Shown piece after piece: positions 17,276 through 32,304 of a stretch of DNA of 64,000 nucleotides; the first letter of the stretch is position 1, and each line of letters starts with the position of its first letter. The stretch is from Neocallimastix sp. 'constans'. Lineage: Eukaryota. The DNA is taken from positions 186,001-250,000 of the forward strand of contig JBODTK010000121.1 in assembly GCA_050613775.1 (NCBI GenBank). Reading direction: 5' to 3'. Both the position numbers and the translations under genes were made by a program. The notes beneath the pieces are model-generated. The model was given only the letters and a program-made list of their open reading frames with translations, ran no database searches and had not been told where the DNA came from.

Positions 17276-17997
17276 TTTTCTATTACTAACTTCTTTTTTT
17301 TTTTTTTTGGATTTTGATTTTAAGAAATAAAAAATTTATTTAATTTTATTAAATATAATAATAGTTTATTTTGTAATTTTTTATAAAATTTACTATTTTA
17401 TGGTTTATTCTATTATAATAATTTTTTTAAAAAAATTTCTATTCTGTTTAATTTTATTTAATAATTATTGTTATTGTATAAGATAGTAATTAAAAGAAAT
17501 AAATGTTTTATTGTTATATTATATTTTATTATTATTATCCTTTTCCATAATTTCTTTAAATAGTTTTTAATATATATATTAATTTAACTTTTATAATTTT
17601 AAACAAAATTGATTATATAATTAGCTTATGTTTAATAATGAATATTTAAAATAAAAGAAAGCATTAAAAAAATAAATAAATAAATAAATAAAATAACTAT
17701 TTTTATTATATTTCAAATATTCTCGGGGTATATGTGAATATTATTAATTAAATTTAAATACATATAATATTTTATTAAACATATTTTTGTATAATTAATA
17801 ATTACTATATGGAAATATTTTTTATTTTACTTTATATCTCGTTTATATAAAGCTTATAATGTTATTACAAAATATAGAGAAAAATATTATTTATATATTA
17901 ATAATAATAATCATATAAAATAATTTAATAATATATTTTATAAAAATTATAAGATTGAAATGTTAATTAATTAATTATTTAATTAAATTTCAATTCA

Positions 17998-18002
<5 letters not shown>

Positions 18003-18075
<73 letters not shown>
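18003..18075. repeat. poly(T) tract, about 73 nt
   Basis: Direct reading. Confidence 0.95.
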
Positions 18076-18077
<2 letters not shown>

Positions 18078-18363
18078 TATTAAAATAATAATAATAATAT
18101 AACAGAAAATATTTTCCTTGTTTATTATATAGTTTATTTTATTATTATTATTAAATATTTATTTATATTTAACAAATAAAAAAATGGAAAAAAAAATAAA
18201 ATAACAAAAGTAGTGTACCAAGTTGTATTTTTAATTTTTCTTCAATAATAGCTGATGTGCTAGAAAATTATTAATAACAACATTATTAAACTTTTTTAAT
18301 ATTTCTATTTTTAATTTGATTATCATATATATGAAAATAAAAAAAATAAAAATAAAAATAAAA

Positions 18364-18394
<31 letters not shown>

Positions 18395-18666
18395 TTTATA
18401 TTGATTAAAAAATAAAAATGATAAAAAAAAAAAATGAAAAAAAAATATTGGAAGAACTTTAATATTCTATTTCTTTTATATATTAGAAATTTTTTTTTCT
18501 AAAAAAAATTTTAATTTTAATAGATTAAATAAAATATTTTAATGATCAATATTAGAAAAAATTTTCAAATTGATATTTTAAAATGTATACAAATGTATAC
18601 AATATAGAGTCAAAATTTTGTAATTCAGTAATTTCTGTATTTTATATATTAATTATAATTTTGGTA

Positions 18667-19275
18667 TTTTTTTTTTTATTTCCGGAATGTACAGCCTTTG
18701 GTTTCAGCCCCCCTCCCTCGGGGGCAGTAGGAATATTGAGGTATTCACACACTTCCATATAGGCAAATATTGTCCTTTCTGGACAACCTTACTGGGTGTT
18801 CAGCATTAGCGTTCTTACATGCATATTATTGCTGAGAATTTTTCTAGTACCTTTTCTTGAAGTGCTTATCCATTTATTAACTTCCCTTTGATGTGAGTTA
18901 AGTGAGACCAATATAACCTAACACATGGAGATTTGTAAAAGCTCCCTTGGCAAAATGCATAAACGTCAGAAAGATTGTAATTTAGTAGAATATATATATA
19001 TCACAAATAGAATATATATCAGCATGGACACATAAAATCATGTACCCAAATGATAGTAATTCCCTCGTAAATGTATTAAATTCGAGTGCTCGCAAAACCC
19101 TCTCAGGCCCACCGTTAGTACAGTATCTTTTCTATATTACCAAAGAGATTTAGAATAATAATATATATACAGGGATATACTTACCTTTAACCCTTAAAAT
19201 GGTCATAGGGCGAGATCGAACTAGGAGATTTATGTATGCTAGCCCACGGACTAACGACCAGCATAGAACATGGTT
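18667..19275 (-). mobile_element. Candidate tRNA(Ala)-derived SINE, about 600 bp
   Basis: GC-richer island. The minus-strand 5' head ..GTGGG-CTAGCAT-ACATAAATCTCCTAGTTCGATCTCGCCC.. resembles the tRNA-Ala(AGC) anticodon loop plus a B box (GTTCGA). The 3' end has a GCCCCC/GGGGGC hairpin and an A-tail (T-run at 18667-18677). No clear TSD. Confidence 0.55.
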
Positions 19276-20549
19276 CAATTTGTGTTTAATAAATCAACAA
19301 GTTATTACAAATGTATATATATATAATAAATAATATTACAATTTTAATAAATCTATAACAAATTATCATCTTTTATTTTATATTATTATTTGTTTAATAG
19401 TAATATAACAAAATTTTTTAATATGTTTAATAAAAAAAAAAAAATTAAATAATATCTAATTAATATTATTAGATATTAATTATAATATTATGGTACAATA
19501 ATATTATAATTGCTACTATTATAGAACAAATATAACAAATTTAATTACTTTTAAAAACTTCTATAGATTTTAATATACAAATAAAATTTTATTACTAAAA
19601 TTTTACATTTTTATTATTAATGTTTATCATTAAATTTGTTTTATTTTTGCAAATTTATTTGTTATTTTGTAATTTATTGAAATTTAGATGTAATGAAATA
19701 AACCCTTTTTTTTTTTTTTTTTATTTATAAAATAATATAAGGTTCTTTTTTATATATATATATCATGCTACAATTACATATAATTATTTATACACATTTT
19801 ACACAAATTATATAAATGTAGTGAAACAACATTTCTAATCCATAAATTTATAAAATACTTTATTAATACAATATTATAAAAAATAATTAATCATAATAAA
19901 ATAATATTAAACTTTATTGATATGCTGGACTTTTATGTGCTATTCTTTTTACTTTGTATAATTATATCATTTTCTATTAATATTAATATTTTTTATCCTA
20001 GAAATTAACTAAGACAACCTCCGTTTTATAATTACATGAAGGACCTTTATTATTATAATATAATATATAATAACTATTAATTATAATAAAATTATTAAAG
20101 CTATATATATTAAATTTTTATTATAAAATATATAAAATAAAATAACTATTTTAATATATTATAGAATATATATTAATATAATAATTCAAAAAAGAAATTA
20201 TTTTAAAAATTTTATTAAGAAAAGATATAAATTTAATATTTAACAATTACTATTAAATATACAAATATGTTATTACACATATTAGTTTTATATCATTATT
20301 TTCATGTTACACATACAAATTTTTTAATAGTTAGTTATTGAGGGAAGAAAGAATTTAAAAATATTATTATTAAATCATTTTGTTTTTATATGATTTAAAA
20401 TATTTATTCAATAGGTTTACTAACTAAATAAATAAATAAAAATAAATAAATAAATAAATTAAATTTTGTGTTAAATTTTAAATTTTTAAGTTTTGTTATA
20501 TTTTAGAGTTTAATAATAATAATGATATTAATAATTAGATTTATAGAAC

Positions 20550-20815
20550 TTGTTATTTAAATAATTCAATAATCTAATAAATTATTATATTAAATCATAT
20601 TTTTGTTAAGTCCTTTCCCATTATTATTATTATTAGTAATAACATTAATAGTAGTTTAATAATAATATTATTAATAGTTTGATTAATAGAATAGAATGTA
20701 TTATTTAAATAATTCAATAATCTAATATATTATTATATAAAATCAATTTTTATTAAGTCCTATTCCATTATTATTACTATTATTATTATTATTATTAACA
20801 ATAACATTAGTAATA
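20550..20815. repeat. Diverged direct duplication (about 100-bp units, about 150 bp apart)
   Basis: TTATTTAAATAATTCAATAATCTAATA...TTAAGTCCT..CCATTATTATT occurs at about 20553 and 20701. Confidence 0.75.
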
Positions 20816-20863
20816 ATAATGAAAGGTGATTCAATAATAATAATTATTTCAGGAGTATTAGTA

Positions 20864-22607
20864 TTATTCATCTTTCACTGAAAATATACAAAAAGAACTT
20901 CTTTTTAACACCATAAAAATATGACGATCTAATTGAGCTACACCATAAATTAATTCTTCTTTTTGATCTTCTTTTGTCATTTCATGGGAATCTTGATTTG
21001 AAACGTCAATAAGATACTGAGAAGCGGAATTTCTTTTAGCTTCTTCATCTGAAGGTTGACCATAAATATAAACAAGCTTTGATGTTTCTACTATTAAAGC
21101 ATATTCAAAATCATTAGATATATATGCAAATTTTTTATTACGTTTACTAGCTTCCACAAAACCAAATGCATTAAATACTGCACAATGATTCATTTTAAGA
21201 TGACTTTCTAGTTTTAATATGACACCATCAACATCTTGCTTCAAACATAAATAGTTAACAATAGAAGGCTCTTGGGATTCATTTGGATTAAGGACATAAT
21301 TATCATCATCAGACATAAAATATGGAGTATCTAATGTCGGAAAACTAGTACAAAGCCATTCAAAACCAGAACCTTGATTTATATCTGTAATTTTTCCTGA
21401 TTTAGTTACTCTAACAAAATTAATAGGTGATTTTTCCATATCACATTCTTCTGTTTGTTGAATACTATTTATATTTTGATAAGGACTTTGACCTTGATCT
21501 TCCTTTCCAGTAAACATAAGTAAACGTTCTTTTATATTAGCTAATTCTGATGGATCCACTGTTTCTAGTACATTATCATCATCTTTAAACATTTGAACCC
21601 AATTGATTTGATTTTTCTTTTCAAAATGAAGAGTAATTATACTACCATTTTTTGATTTATTTGCTTCAATAGTCCATATACATTCCTCAGGAACAACTTC
21701 ATCCCATAATTCATCATCAAAAAGTTCAACTATTTCATTATTTTTATCTAACACACTTAACTCAATTTTTTTTTTACTAAATTTGCAATTCACTTTTTTC
21801 TTATTTAATTCAAAAATATTAAGATAAAGCGTAATATCGTCCATCTCTTGATACCATTTATATATATTAACATGTTTTGGTTGTTGATTTCGAAGCTGTT
21901 CAGATTGTTTTTCTATTATTATTGATTCATCATTCTCTGTTTTCGATGAATCATTATATTTACCTTCATTTTCATTAATTATTGATATATATTCATGGAA
22001 AGCATCATTTTCACTGATTATTACATAATTTCCTTCACTAATTATCTTACTATCACTTTCAATAATATAATCTTCTATAGAACCATAAATTGGTGAATTA
22101 TTACATTTTGAAGCTGATAATAATTTAAGATCTACAAAACCCTCTTCATTTGAAAGGTTATTAATTGGTATTTCACATAAAGAAACGTAAAATTCTATCT
22201 TATTTTTTTTATTCATTTTACTTATTTCTGGTGGTGTCGGATTATTAGCATTAGAATTATAAGTATATCCTAACAATAATATATTTTTTTTGTCTTCTGT
22301 TAATTTAGCATACATTAAATTAACCGGATAAATATTTTTCTCATAATAATTATTTTGTTCTAAAAGTTTCTTTTTAGAAATAACCTTTAAAACATTAACC
22401 ATTTTATCTTTATCTGAAAAATTTAAAACATAAATATTACCATTAAAGGCTCCATCAGATAAAATCATAAAATTTTCATTTACAAACACCAAAGTTGGAA
22501 ATTCATTTTTATTTTCATCTGATGGTTCATCAATTTTAAATAAATTATAATATGTTGCTTCAAAAGTTGTCTTATTTTTTTTTAATTTCAATTTTTATAT
22601 ATAATAA

Positions 22608-22653
<46 letters not shown>

Positions 22654-23059
22654 TTTTAAAAAATTTTATTTAATCCAAAAAATTAATAAAGAATATTTTT
22701 TAATAATAATATTTTTTAAGAAATATATATATATATAATAATTTAAAAGATTTTTAAATAGTAAATTTAATAATTACATCATCTATCAATATATAAATTA
22801 AAGAATATGATTCATCAATATAAAAAAAGCCATAAGAATACCAAGGATTTTTAAACACAAAATTTAATCTATTTCTTGCCTCAATAATTTTAAATGGAGT
22901 ATGTGAATATGTCTTAACACAATTAACATCTACTTTTGATGGTAAATTGTGATGAATGATTTTTATATCAGTGTTTAAATTTAATTTATACCCTTCAAAA
23001 TTAACATTATATAAATTTCTGTTTACATTGATTTGACGATTAATAGGAATATTTTTCAT
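20864..23059 (-). CDS. NUDCD1: NudC domain-containing protein 1 (CS/p23 domain), 2 exons (23059-22778, 22570-20864)
   Basis: N-terminal NVNFEGYKL. CS domain YKWYQEMDDITLYL...LWDEVVPEECIWTIE...HFEKK..W. Followed by ETVDPSELANIKERL, EECD, LKQDVDG and HCAVFNAFGFVEASKRNKKF. Confidence 0.9.
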
Positions 23060-23103
23060 TATCTTACTTATTATAATAATAATTATAAAAAAATACTTAA
23101 TTC

Positions 23104-23160
<57 letters not shown>

Positions 23161-23852
23161 TTAAATTTAAATTTATTATTTATAGTTTCATTTATATTAT
23201 TCATTTATATTATTCATTTATTCATTTATATTATTATTCATTTATTAATTAATTTATTTATTTATTTATTTATTTTGTTTGTTTACTTATTTATTTATTT
23301 AATATTTATCTATTATACAATATACTATTAATAAAAAAATATTTTAATATATATGAATTATGGTATTGAAAATAAATATATATAAAATTATGTAAATTAT
23401 AATTTAATAAATTATATATGATATATAATATTTTATATTTATTTATATATTTAATATTGGTATATGGACTAAGGATTAATAAATCTTATTTAATTATTTT
23501 TTTAAAGATTATATTTTAATACAAATTTATTGATTATAATTAAATATTTTTTTAATGATTGATGGATCTTTTATATAACTGTCTAAAATATTTATATATA
23601 TTTATTCAAACGAAAAAAGTAAATTAATTAATAATCAATTATATTAATTTTATTTATTGCTATAAATAAAAATAATAATAATTCGATAGAATTTAATAAC
23701 TTACTGACTAAATTTATTAATAGCAGGATTTCCTATTACATAATAATAAAATATAATAATTAGATATTTATACCACTGATTATAATTTATAAAAACTTCA
23801 TTTTTTAATTATTATTATATTACTATTATATATACAATTTTGGATAATTTTT

Positions 23853-25453
23853 TTATATTATAAAATTATTACTTCTACTTGATGAACTAGTATTTAAAAA
23901 TCTAATATATTTTCATATATAACAAGAGAATTTTAATTTCTTAATATTATTATTAATAAAATTATATTCAATATAATATTATATATAATTCACATATTAG
24001 ATTTTTAACATACGGAGATTCATTATCATCGTCATATTCAAAGAAGTTTGTTTCTACTGCAGAATCAGCTGTTGGTATAAATATTTTATTCACGAACTTT
24101 AAATTATATTCACTATTAATGAAAAAATAAATTATAAGCATAAAAGTACATTATATATATATATATAATATATCTTATTTGTAAATATTAGCATTAAATA
24201 ACCAACATACTTATAAACTTGTTCTGTTATAACTTGCTTATCTTTTATTAAGCCTAAAAAACTATGAACTGTAATGAACATCTGAAGAAAAATAAATTAT
24301 TTTAAAAAATTTCAATATTAATATATATAATAATCATTATTAATTACTATAAATTACCATTAATGAAAGAAAAGCTATAACAAATATAACATATTGCCAA
24401 TTATTACTATCCATTAAATATAAAATTCCAAAATGTGCTGGTGAAAAAAAGCTATTATTTATTCAATGAATTAATTATAATTAGATATTAACAAAAAAAA
24501 AAAAAGTAAATATTAACATTATACAAATATATATATAATATATTTACCAAAATAAATTTAAAGAAAATATTGGAGGATCCCAAGCTGTTAAAACAAAAAT
24601 ATGTGGAGCATTTGGATTATCTTTTTTATTTGGTATTATGAATAATGAGTTAAACCATGAACTATAATTATAATTTTTGTAATATATAATTAATTAATAT
24701 ATATAATAATTATAATATTTATTATTATATTGATAATTCATACAGTAAACTTTTTTGTTCCTGAATTTCAATATCACCATCATCATCTGTTTCTGAAACA
24801 AATTTTATATGTGAACCTGTAGGCGGAAACTTCATTATTAAGATATTATTCATTATATAAAGTAGTTTTAGAATTATTCTCTTAAAAAATATATATTCTT
24901 AATAATTAATACATTTGATTTATAATAATTTACTTTTTCATCTGCATTTCTTATCTGATATTGCTTTTTACGAGTAAAAAGATATAAAGTATTAAATATA
25001 CAAATAAAAAATAACGTAAACTGTAATAATTCAAATGAAGAATAGCCTGGACTCAATCTAATATCATCTCCCCATTCATCTTTACTGTTAATTTTTATTA
25101 AAATGTATAAGAAATTTAATGAAATTCCAAAAGGAATGCTAAATATTTTTTGTAATTTATCCCAATTTAAGGCTAAAAATAAATAATTAAAGTATTATTT
25201 TTTTAATAAATAATTCTCATTAATATATTTATTAATATATAATAAAATTATTTTTCTATCTATATATATTATAATAAATGAATAATATAAAATTAAATAT
25301 TTATATAAAATAGATTATACCTTCATATTCTTCTTCTATTTGCATAAACCAATCTTGTGGTGAATTATAAAGATTTGACCATACTGAACGTTTTCTTATT
25401 AATTTTTTTCTCGATTTTGAATTACTTTTATTACTTTCTTCAACAATACTCAT
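23853..25453 (-). CDS. NUR1: Nuclear rim protein Nur1/Mug154 (DUF2418) family, multi-exon; 3' end uncertain
   Basis: Spliced translation: MSIVEE..KKLIRKRSVWSNLYNSPQDWF..LNWD..IPFGISLN..NTLYLFTRKKQY..AWDPPIFSLNLF..FFSPAH..LIKDKQVI..EYNLKFV. These motifs are characteristic of Nur1/Mug154. Confidence 0.82.
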
Positions 25454-27050
25454 TTTGTTTCAACCAAAAAATAATAATTTATTTTTCCACTTTTTTACGT
25501 TTCTTAATTTAATTATTTATTATTATTTTTTAAATTAATATAGTTCTTTTCACTTTTTTAAAAAAAGCATATATATAATTGAAAATAAAAAATTATACAA
25601 ACTTTTATTTGTAAAAAAACAAAAAATATTATTTAATAAAAAAAAAAAAAAAAAAAAAAGTTACTACTTTACTTAAATTTTTTAATTAATTATATAGAAT
25701 AAATTTTAAATAAAAAAATTTTAATAAAAGATTTATAAAATATTGAACAAACAATAAATTAAATGCTAAAGGTTAGATTTGATTGATTAGGACTAAAAAA
25801 TTAAGATTGACCAATGTTAAATTTTAAAACTTTCTAAAAAATAATAAATTTTAATATAATATTACAAAAATATTAATTATATTTAATAAAATCTAACTAA
25901 TTTAATAATAATAGAATTATTGAATATATGAAAAATAAAATAAAAAAAAAATTGAAAATTGAATGTATAAAAAATAAAAATATATAAATATAATAAAAAA
26001 AAATTGTTTTTAAATAATAAAAGTGTTTATTTTAAAATTGTTTTATTCACAATAAGATTCTAAGTTTGTCCTTATTTTACAATGATATTTTATTATATTT
26101 GAATCAAATTAATGTACTTATATATGAAATTAAATAATATAGTATTAATACTTATTTTAATTATCTATCTTTTTTAAAACATATTTAATTTTCAATTTTC
26201 TCTAAAATTTTATTATTTAAAATATTTAATTATTTAATGAAAGATTTAGAATAGAAAGCTCTTATAAATAGCAATATTAAAGCAATTTTAGTTTTATAAT
26301 TGAAACGAAACTTTTATTAATGTATACATTTATTTATGTATAATAAAAAAGATTTAAAAAAAATTCTTTAAAAACTCTAATTATTAATAAAAGATTTAAT
26401 ATTAAAAAAATTTTTTTTTTATCATTAACGAATTATTAAAAAGTAATATAATTATATATTAAATACCTTTTTTTTTTTTTGACATTACAATTATTTTATT
26501 TTGAATTATTAAATTATTTTACAATTATGGATTAAAGTAATAAAAATATTAACATAAATATATTATTTTATTTTAACTACTATATAATGTATTGCTTATT
26601 ATAATTTGAAAAACATTTCAAAATAGAAATGATATTCTATAATTTAAAAACTATATTGTTCCATATTTAAATTTATATATATATATATATATATATAAAA
26701 ACTCAGATTATTTAACAAATTTATTTGAAAATATATTTACATTTATATCAATAATATATATATATATACATACATACTTTTTTTCTTTTTCTTGAAGAAA
26801 GGAAATCTATATAATCAATATCTAATTATATTTAATAATTTACTTTATATAAAACCATTTATTTAAATTAAAACTATCAAATGATTTAGAGAAAAAAAAA
26901 AAGATAATACTTAAATTTATTCAATCCTATAGAATATTATAATAAATGCATTTATGATATTGAATAATTAATTTAATGGTAATACAATAAAAGAAAATAT
27001 TTGAAAATTGAAATAAAATTTTGTGATTTATAGAATATATTCAAAGAAAA

Positions 27051-27741
27051 ATGCAAAGTCAAGTTAATGTAAATTTATCCAATTTGTATTTTTTTTTATT
27101 TAAATTTTTTTATAAAAATAAAATTATTATATAATTTGTTCAATTTTTAATATATAATTATATATATATTGTAAAAATTTAGACTTTATTACAATTACCT
27201 TTTCATCATTTAAAGGTAGCAGATTTAAAAGACATTCTCAAAACATTAGGATTGAAAAGAAGTGGTAATAAAGAAACCTTGATTGATAATTTAAAATTAT
27301 ATTTAAGAAAAATTGGTCAATCAAGTGATATTAATAGTTTAACGGAAGTTGCTGGATTACTTGATCGATGTCTACCTAGGAAATCATCGTAAATATTTTG
27401 TTATATATATTTGCATTGTATTCCTTTTATTATTATTGGTCTTATATATTTATCGACTAAATAATATCAATTCAAAAAATTTTTAATGTAATAATAGTAT
27501 AAGTCATAGTTTTGGTAATAATAAAAATAATAAAAATTCAAATATAAATGAGCTAAATTTTTCCAAGGAAAGTAAAATTCCTGATGAAAAAAGATTTAAA
27601 GAAGTTAATTTTGTTATAACACCTTTTGTGAAACCTATTGATACTATATATTGCGATATTGTACCTTATTGTTGTGAGTTAATTATATATTAATGAAACG
27701 AATGCTTTTTTAATAAAGTTCATATATTAAATATTTTTAAA

Positions 27742-27777
<36 letters not shown>

Positions 27778-28439
27778 TTTGATAATTTATATTAACTTAA
27801 TTAATATAAAGTAAGTTTAAAATTTTCATTAACCGAAGAACAAACGAATTTATTTCATCAGTAATATAGATTTTATTTTATTTTTTTATAATACGTATAT
27901 TTTTGATATTAAAAATAAATATTAATATATATATATATATATAAAATTTTTTTTTTCCTCATAATATAAAGTAATAGTAATAAATATAAAATTCTTTTGT
28001 ATTGTGCTACTCAAATAAGTGCTAAAGATTCATTTCAAAAAAGAAAAGATTGTCCTATTCAATATCCATGTAACCCTGTACTTAAAGTTAATGATGTTGA
28101 TGTTTCAGGAATGGAAGTATGCATTTTTTATTAAAAATTATTTTTAATATAATATTAAAGTTATTTTTGCTGTTGATAATGAAAAGTCAAATATGTATAT
28201 ATATATTATATTTAATATATAAGGACAATATAAGAAAAAATAATAAGTCTTGGACAACGAAACCGGTGGATATTACAACATATTGCAAGAAAAAATCTAA
28301 TATGATTAACGAAATAAGATTTATGTCAACATTTATATCTTCAAAGGTATTAATATTTTTTTTTTTTATAATATTGAATTATATAAATAGTTTATCAACA
28401 TTTTAATTAATAATAGTTATAAATGAAAGTGATTATTAA

Positions 28440-28479
<40 letters not shown>

Positions 28480-28840
28480 CTTTTTAATATATGTAATTAA
28501 TTAAATTATTTCTAATATTATTATTTTTTAATAGTGGAAAGAGTTTGTAGTAAAAATTATTATATGTGAGTATCTCTCACTTCAAGAAGCTGTTAATAAT
28601 ATTAAAAAACATTTTGTATCAAAAGAAGATTTATTAAGACAAAGTAAGAATTTATTATTATATATTGAATAATTTTATTAAAATAAAAAAGTTTTCAATT
28701 TATTTTTTCAATTTTTTTTTATTAAATATTATAATTTATTATTGTAAAAATTGAAATTATGAAAGGGTTAGAATTAAAGAAATCAAGTGATGATGAAATC
28801 GAAACAACAAGTTCAATTGTTTCACTAAGGTGTCCTGTAT

Positions 28841-28873
<33 letters not shown>

Positions 28874-29162
28874 TGTAATAATAATGAATATAATAAATAA
28901 TAAATAATAAAATAAAAATAATAATAATATAATAATAATAATATAATAATAATAATATAATAATAATAATGATTATAACAATTAATAATAAAATAGTAAA
29001 AATAAATACTCTTACTAATAATAATTATATAATAATAGTGATAATAATAATAAAATAATTATAAAAATAGTTATAACATATTAATATTAATACATATATT
29101 AATATAATTAGTTAAATAATAAAATAATAATAAGTGGTTATAATAAAAACAATACAATTATA

Positions 29163-29196
<34 letters not shown>

Positions 29197-32100
29197 TGAA
29201 TAAGTAATAATTATAATGTTAAATAATAAAAATAAATTAAAAAAAAAAAAAAAAAAAAAAAGAATAAATACTTATTATTTATTTTTTTTTTTATTAATAA
29301 TTTTGATATAGATATCGAAAACAAGAATAAAAATCCCATGTAGATTTAAAGAATGTACTCATGTACAATGTTTTGATGTTAGTTCATATTTACAATTAAA
29401 TGAAAAATCACCAAACTGGAAATGTCCTGTTTGTAATATTAGATATTATTGGAAATCTTTAGTTATTGATGGATATATGCAGAATATTCTTAATAATGTT
29501 TCTTCGGATGTAGATTCTGTAACTGTTGAAGTTAATGGAACTTGGCATATTGAAAAATTTCAGTCTCATTTAGATAAAAATCTTCATTATGAAAGTGAAG
29601 AAGATGAGGAAGAAAACCGATTTTTGGCAAAATTGGAAGCAGGTAAATAAAATGTCATCATAATAAGTTAATATTTAAGTTATACTAATTTAAATTTATT
29701 ATTAATATTATTATCAATTATTTTTAATATTAAATTATAATTGTTTTTAATTTATTTATTGCTATTATTAATATTATTATTATTATTATTTTAATTTAAA
29801 TTATATTTATTATATTTATTATATCTATTAATATATAAACTCAAAAAAAAAAAAAAAAATGTATATATATAGAAATCAAAGGTGAAAATAGTTCAGTTAT
29901 AGATTTAACATTAAGTGATGATGAAAATAAAAATTCAAAATCGTCAAATTCAATATCATATACAATATCTTCTTCATTACCTTCATTATCACCACCCTCA
30001 AAAATTGAATCACAGACATCTTCAGAGTTGGACCAATTAAATTCACATTCAAGTAGAAAAAGATCATTAGGTGATTTAATTGCACCTCATAGAAAAAAGG
30101 CTAATGGAAAATCAGAAAATTTAAAATTTGAAAATACTGAATCATCTAATCATGACAATAATACAAATATCATGACATCGTCTTCATATTTTAATCCAAT
30201 TACAAATACAAATGATATAAGTAATTCAAATCCCACTTCATTAAGTTTTTATAATTCCCTGATTAGTACAACTACTGATAATTCAAATTATGGCTTTGAT
30301 TTATCGACATCTCAGCCATTATTTACTGACATTAATTATTCATTAAGTAAAAGTTCGAAACCAATGAATGTAGATTCAGCAACATCTTTAAATGATGTAG
30401 TTGTTATTAGTGAAAGCAATAATTCTAATCAATTAACAACCATAAGAAATAAGAATACCTTACCTTCGAAATCATTAAATATTCCTGCTAATACTAATAC
30501 TCTTTTAGATTCTTTAACGCTTCCTGATTCTTCTTTCAATACTTTAGAATCAACTTTATCTGGTTCATCAACATTGCCATCATTGAGTCTTACTTCATTA
30601 GATTCTACTACCACTTCTGGTGGTAGTACGACAACTAATTTAGCATTCAATAATAAGAATACAAATTCTCTTGATATTTTTAATTCTAATCTATTATCTG
30701 GAAATTTAGGAATCAGTCAAAATTCACTAACGACACCAAGTTCCGTTCCACCTACGACAACAAAATCATCATCAATTACTATATCTATGAGTTCTAGTAC
30801 AATTACTAGCCCCACCTTAAATATGAATACCTTAAATCCAAATCCTCTCCTTAGTATACAAAATGATTCATATAATTCCCTCTTAAAATCAGTTTTGTTG
30901 AATCAATATTCAAAAGTTTCAGCATCAACCTATTCTCCTTCAATTAATAAATTATCTCTTAAAAGAAAATCACGTTCTTTAACTAATTCACCAAATATGA
31001 GTCCTAAACATATTCATACTTCATTATCGGCTCAGTCTTCACCAAATTTAGGTCATACACCAAATAAATTTAAGAATATTTCTCCTAGGCCTCCTAAACC
31101 AAAAACTTCGTCATTTGATCTCACTAATTATTATAAAATGCTTTCCTCAATGAATTATTCTAATTCTCTAACCTCAACAACGCCAACTTCTATGAACCTA
31201 ACAAATCCATCTTTATCCCTAACAAACAGTCTTTTACCATTAAATAATACTACAGATCCTACAACTTTACTTTATTATAATTCCTTAGCTAATAATAATT
31301 CACTTTTTAATTCAAATTTATCTCAATTGGCAACCCCACCTTCAATACCAAATTATTTTGATCCTTCATTGCTAGCCAATTTTCAATCAAATCCTTATAG
31401 TACTGGATTATTTGGTAATAATTATGCATTATCTATGGCTTCTGCTCTGACCGCGGCATCAACAACACCAGGCTCTAATACTACAATTAAAAAAGTAATG
31501 AATTCTGTTAATAAAGAATTACCATTAATTAATGCTAAAACGTCCAATATTACTGCCTTAACAAATACAGGTACAAGTACAAATAAAAATTCAAATACAA
31601 ATTCAAAAACCACTATGACAAGTTCATCCACAGCAAAAGCATTAGAAAAATTACTAAACGAAGTATCGCAAAGTTCAGATTTAATTACAAATCCAAGTAC
31701 TCTTATTAAAACTGATAATAAAACTTCTCCTGTTACATCAGTAGATACATTTTCTTTAGATTCAAATAATATTAATAGTAATTTATCAACTGCTCTTTTA
31801 AATGGTTCTTTGTTAAATTCTTCATCATCTATAGGGAATCCTTCAGCAACAAATTTATTAAATTCATTGAATTCAAAAACAACTTCAACTACAGATGTAT
31901 CGACCCTTGCATTATTAAATTCATTAAACACAGGAACTACGGCATTAAACCCAAATTTACCATCAACTATCCCAATTACTTTAAATGAAATATCTACTTC
32001 TACTTCAACTTCTACTTCAGTTTCAACATCTCTAGCAGATGCTTTAGTAACCACTTCAACTTTAATGTTATCGTCTGAAAAAGATGCAACTAATTTATCT

Positions 32101-32304
32101 AATTTAAAAATGTTACAAGCCTCCATAAATCCATTATTGGGATTAAATTATAATAATCTAATACAAACTAATAATAATTTAGCTACAACAGTTAATCCAT
32201 TATTAAATTCATTAGTTTCTAGTTCAGGTATAACTAGTATTACCAATACCAATTCTATTTCCTCTACTACTAACAATAGTAATAAAAGTAAAAACGATAA
32301 CTAA
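27051..32304 (+). CDS. SIZ1: Siz/PIAS-family SUMO E3 ligase (SAP, PINIT, SP-RING, SIM, long S/T/N-rich tail), multi-exon
   Basis: SAP: LKVADLKDILKTLGLKRSGNKETLIDNL (about 27.2 kb). PINIT-like KPVDIT (about 28.26 kb). SP-RING: VSLRCP/ISKTRIKIPCRFKECTHVQCFD..WKCPVC (28.8-29.45 kb). SIM VIDLTLSDDE (29896). Last exon 29873-32304 contains the 758-aa track ORF. The start at 27051 is inferred from a short first exon. Confidence 0.9.

Noticed and set aside
19200..19275. Functional tRNA-Ala gene
   Set aside because: Anticodon and T stems do not pair properly. Treated as a SINE head or pseudo-tRNA.
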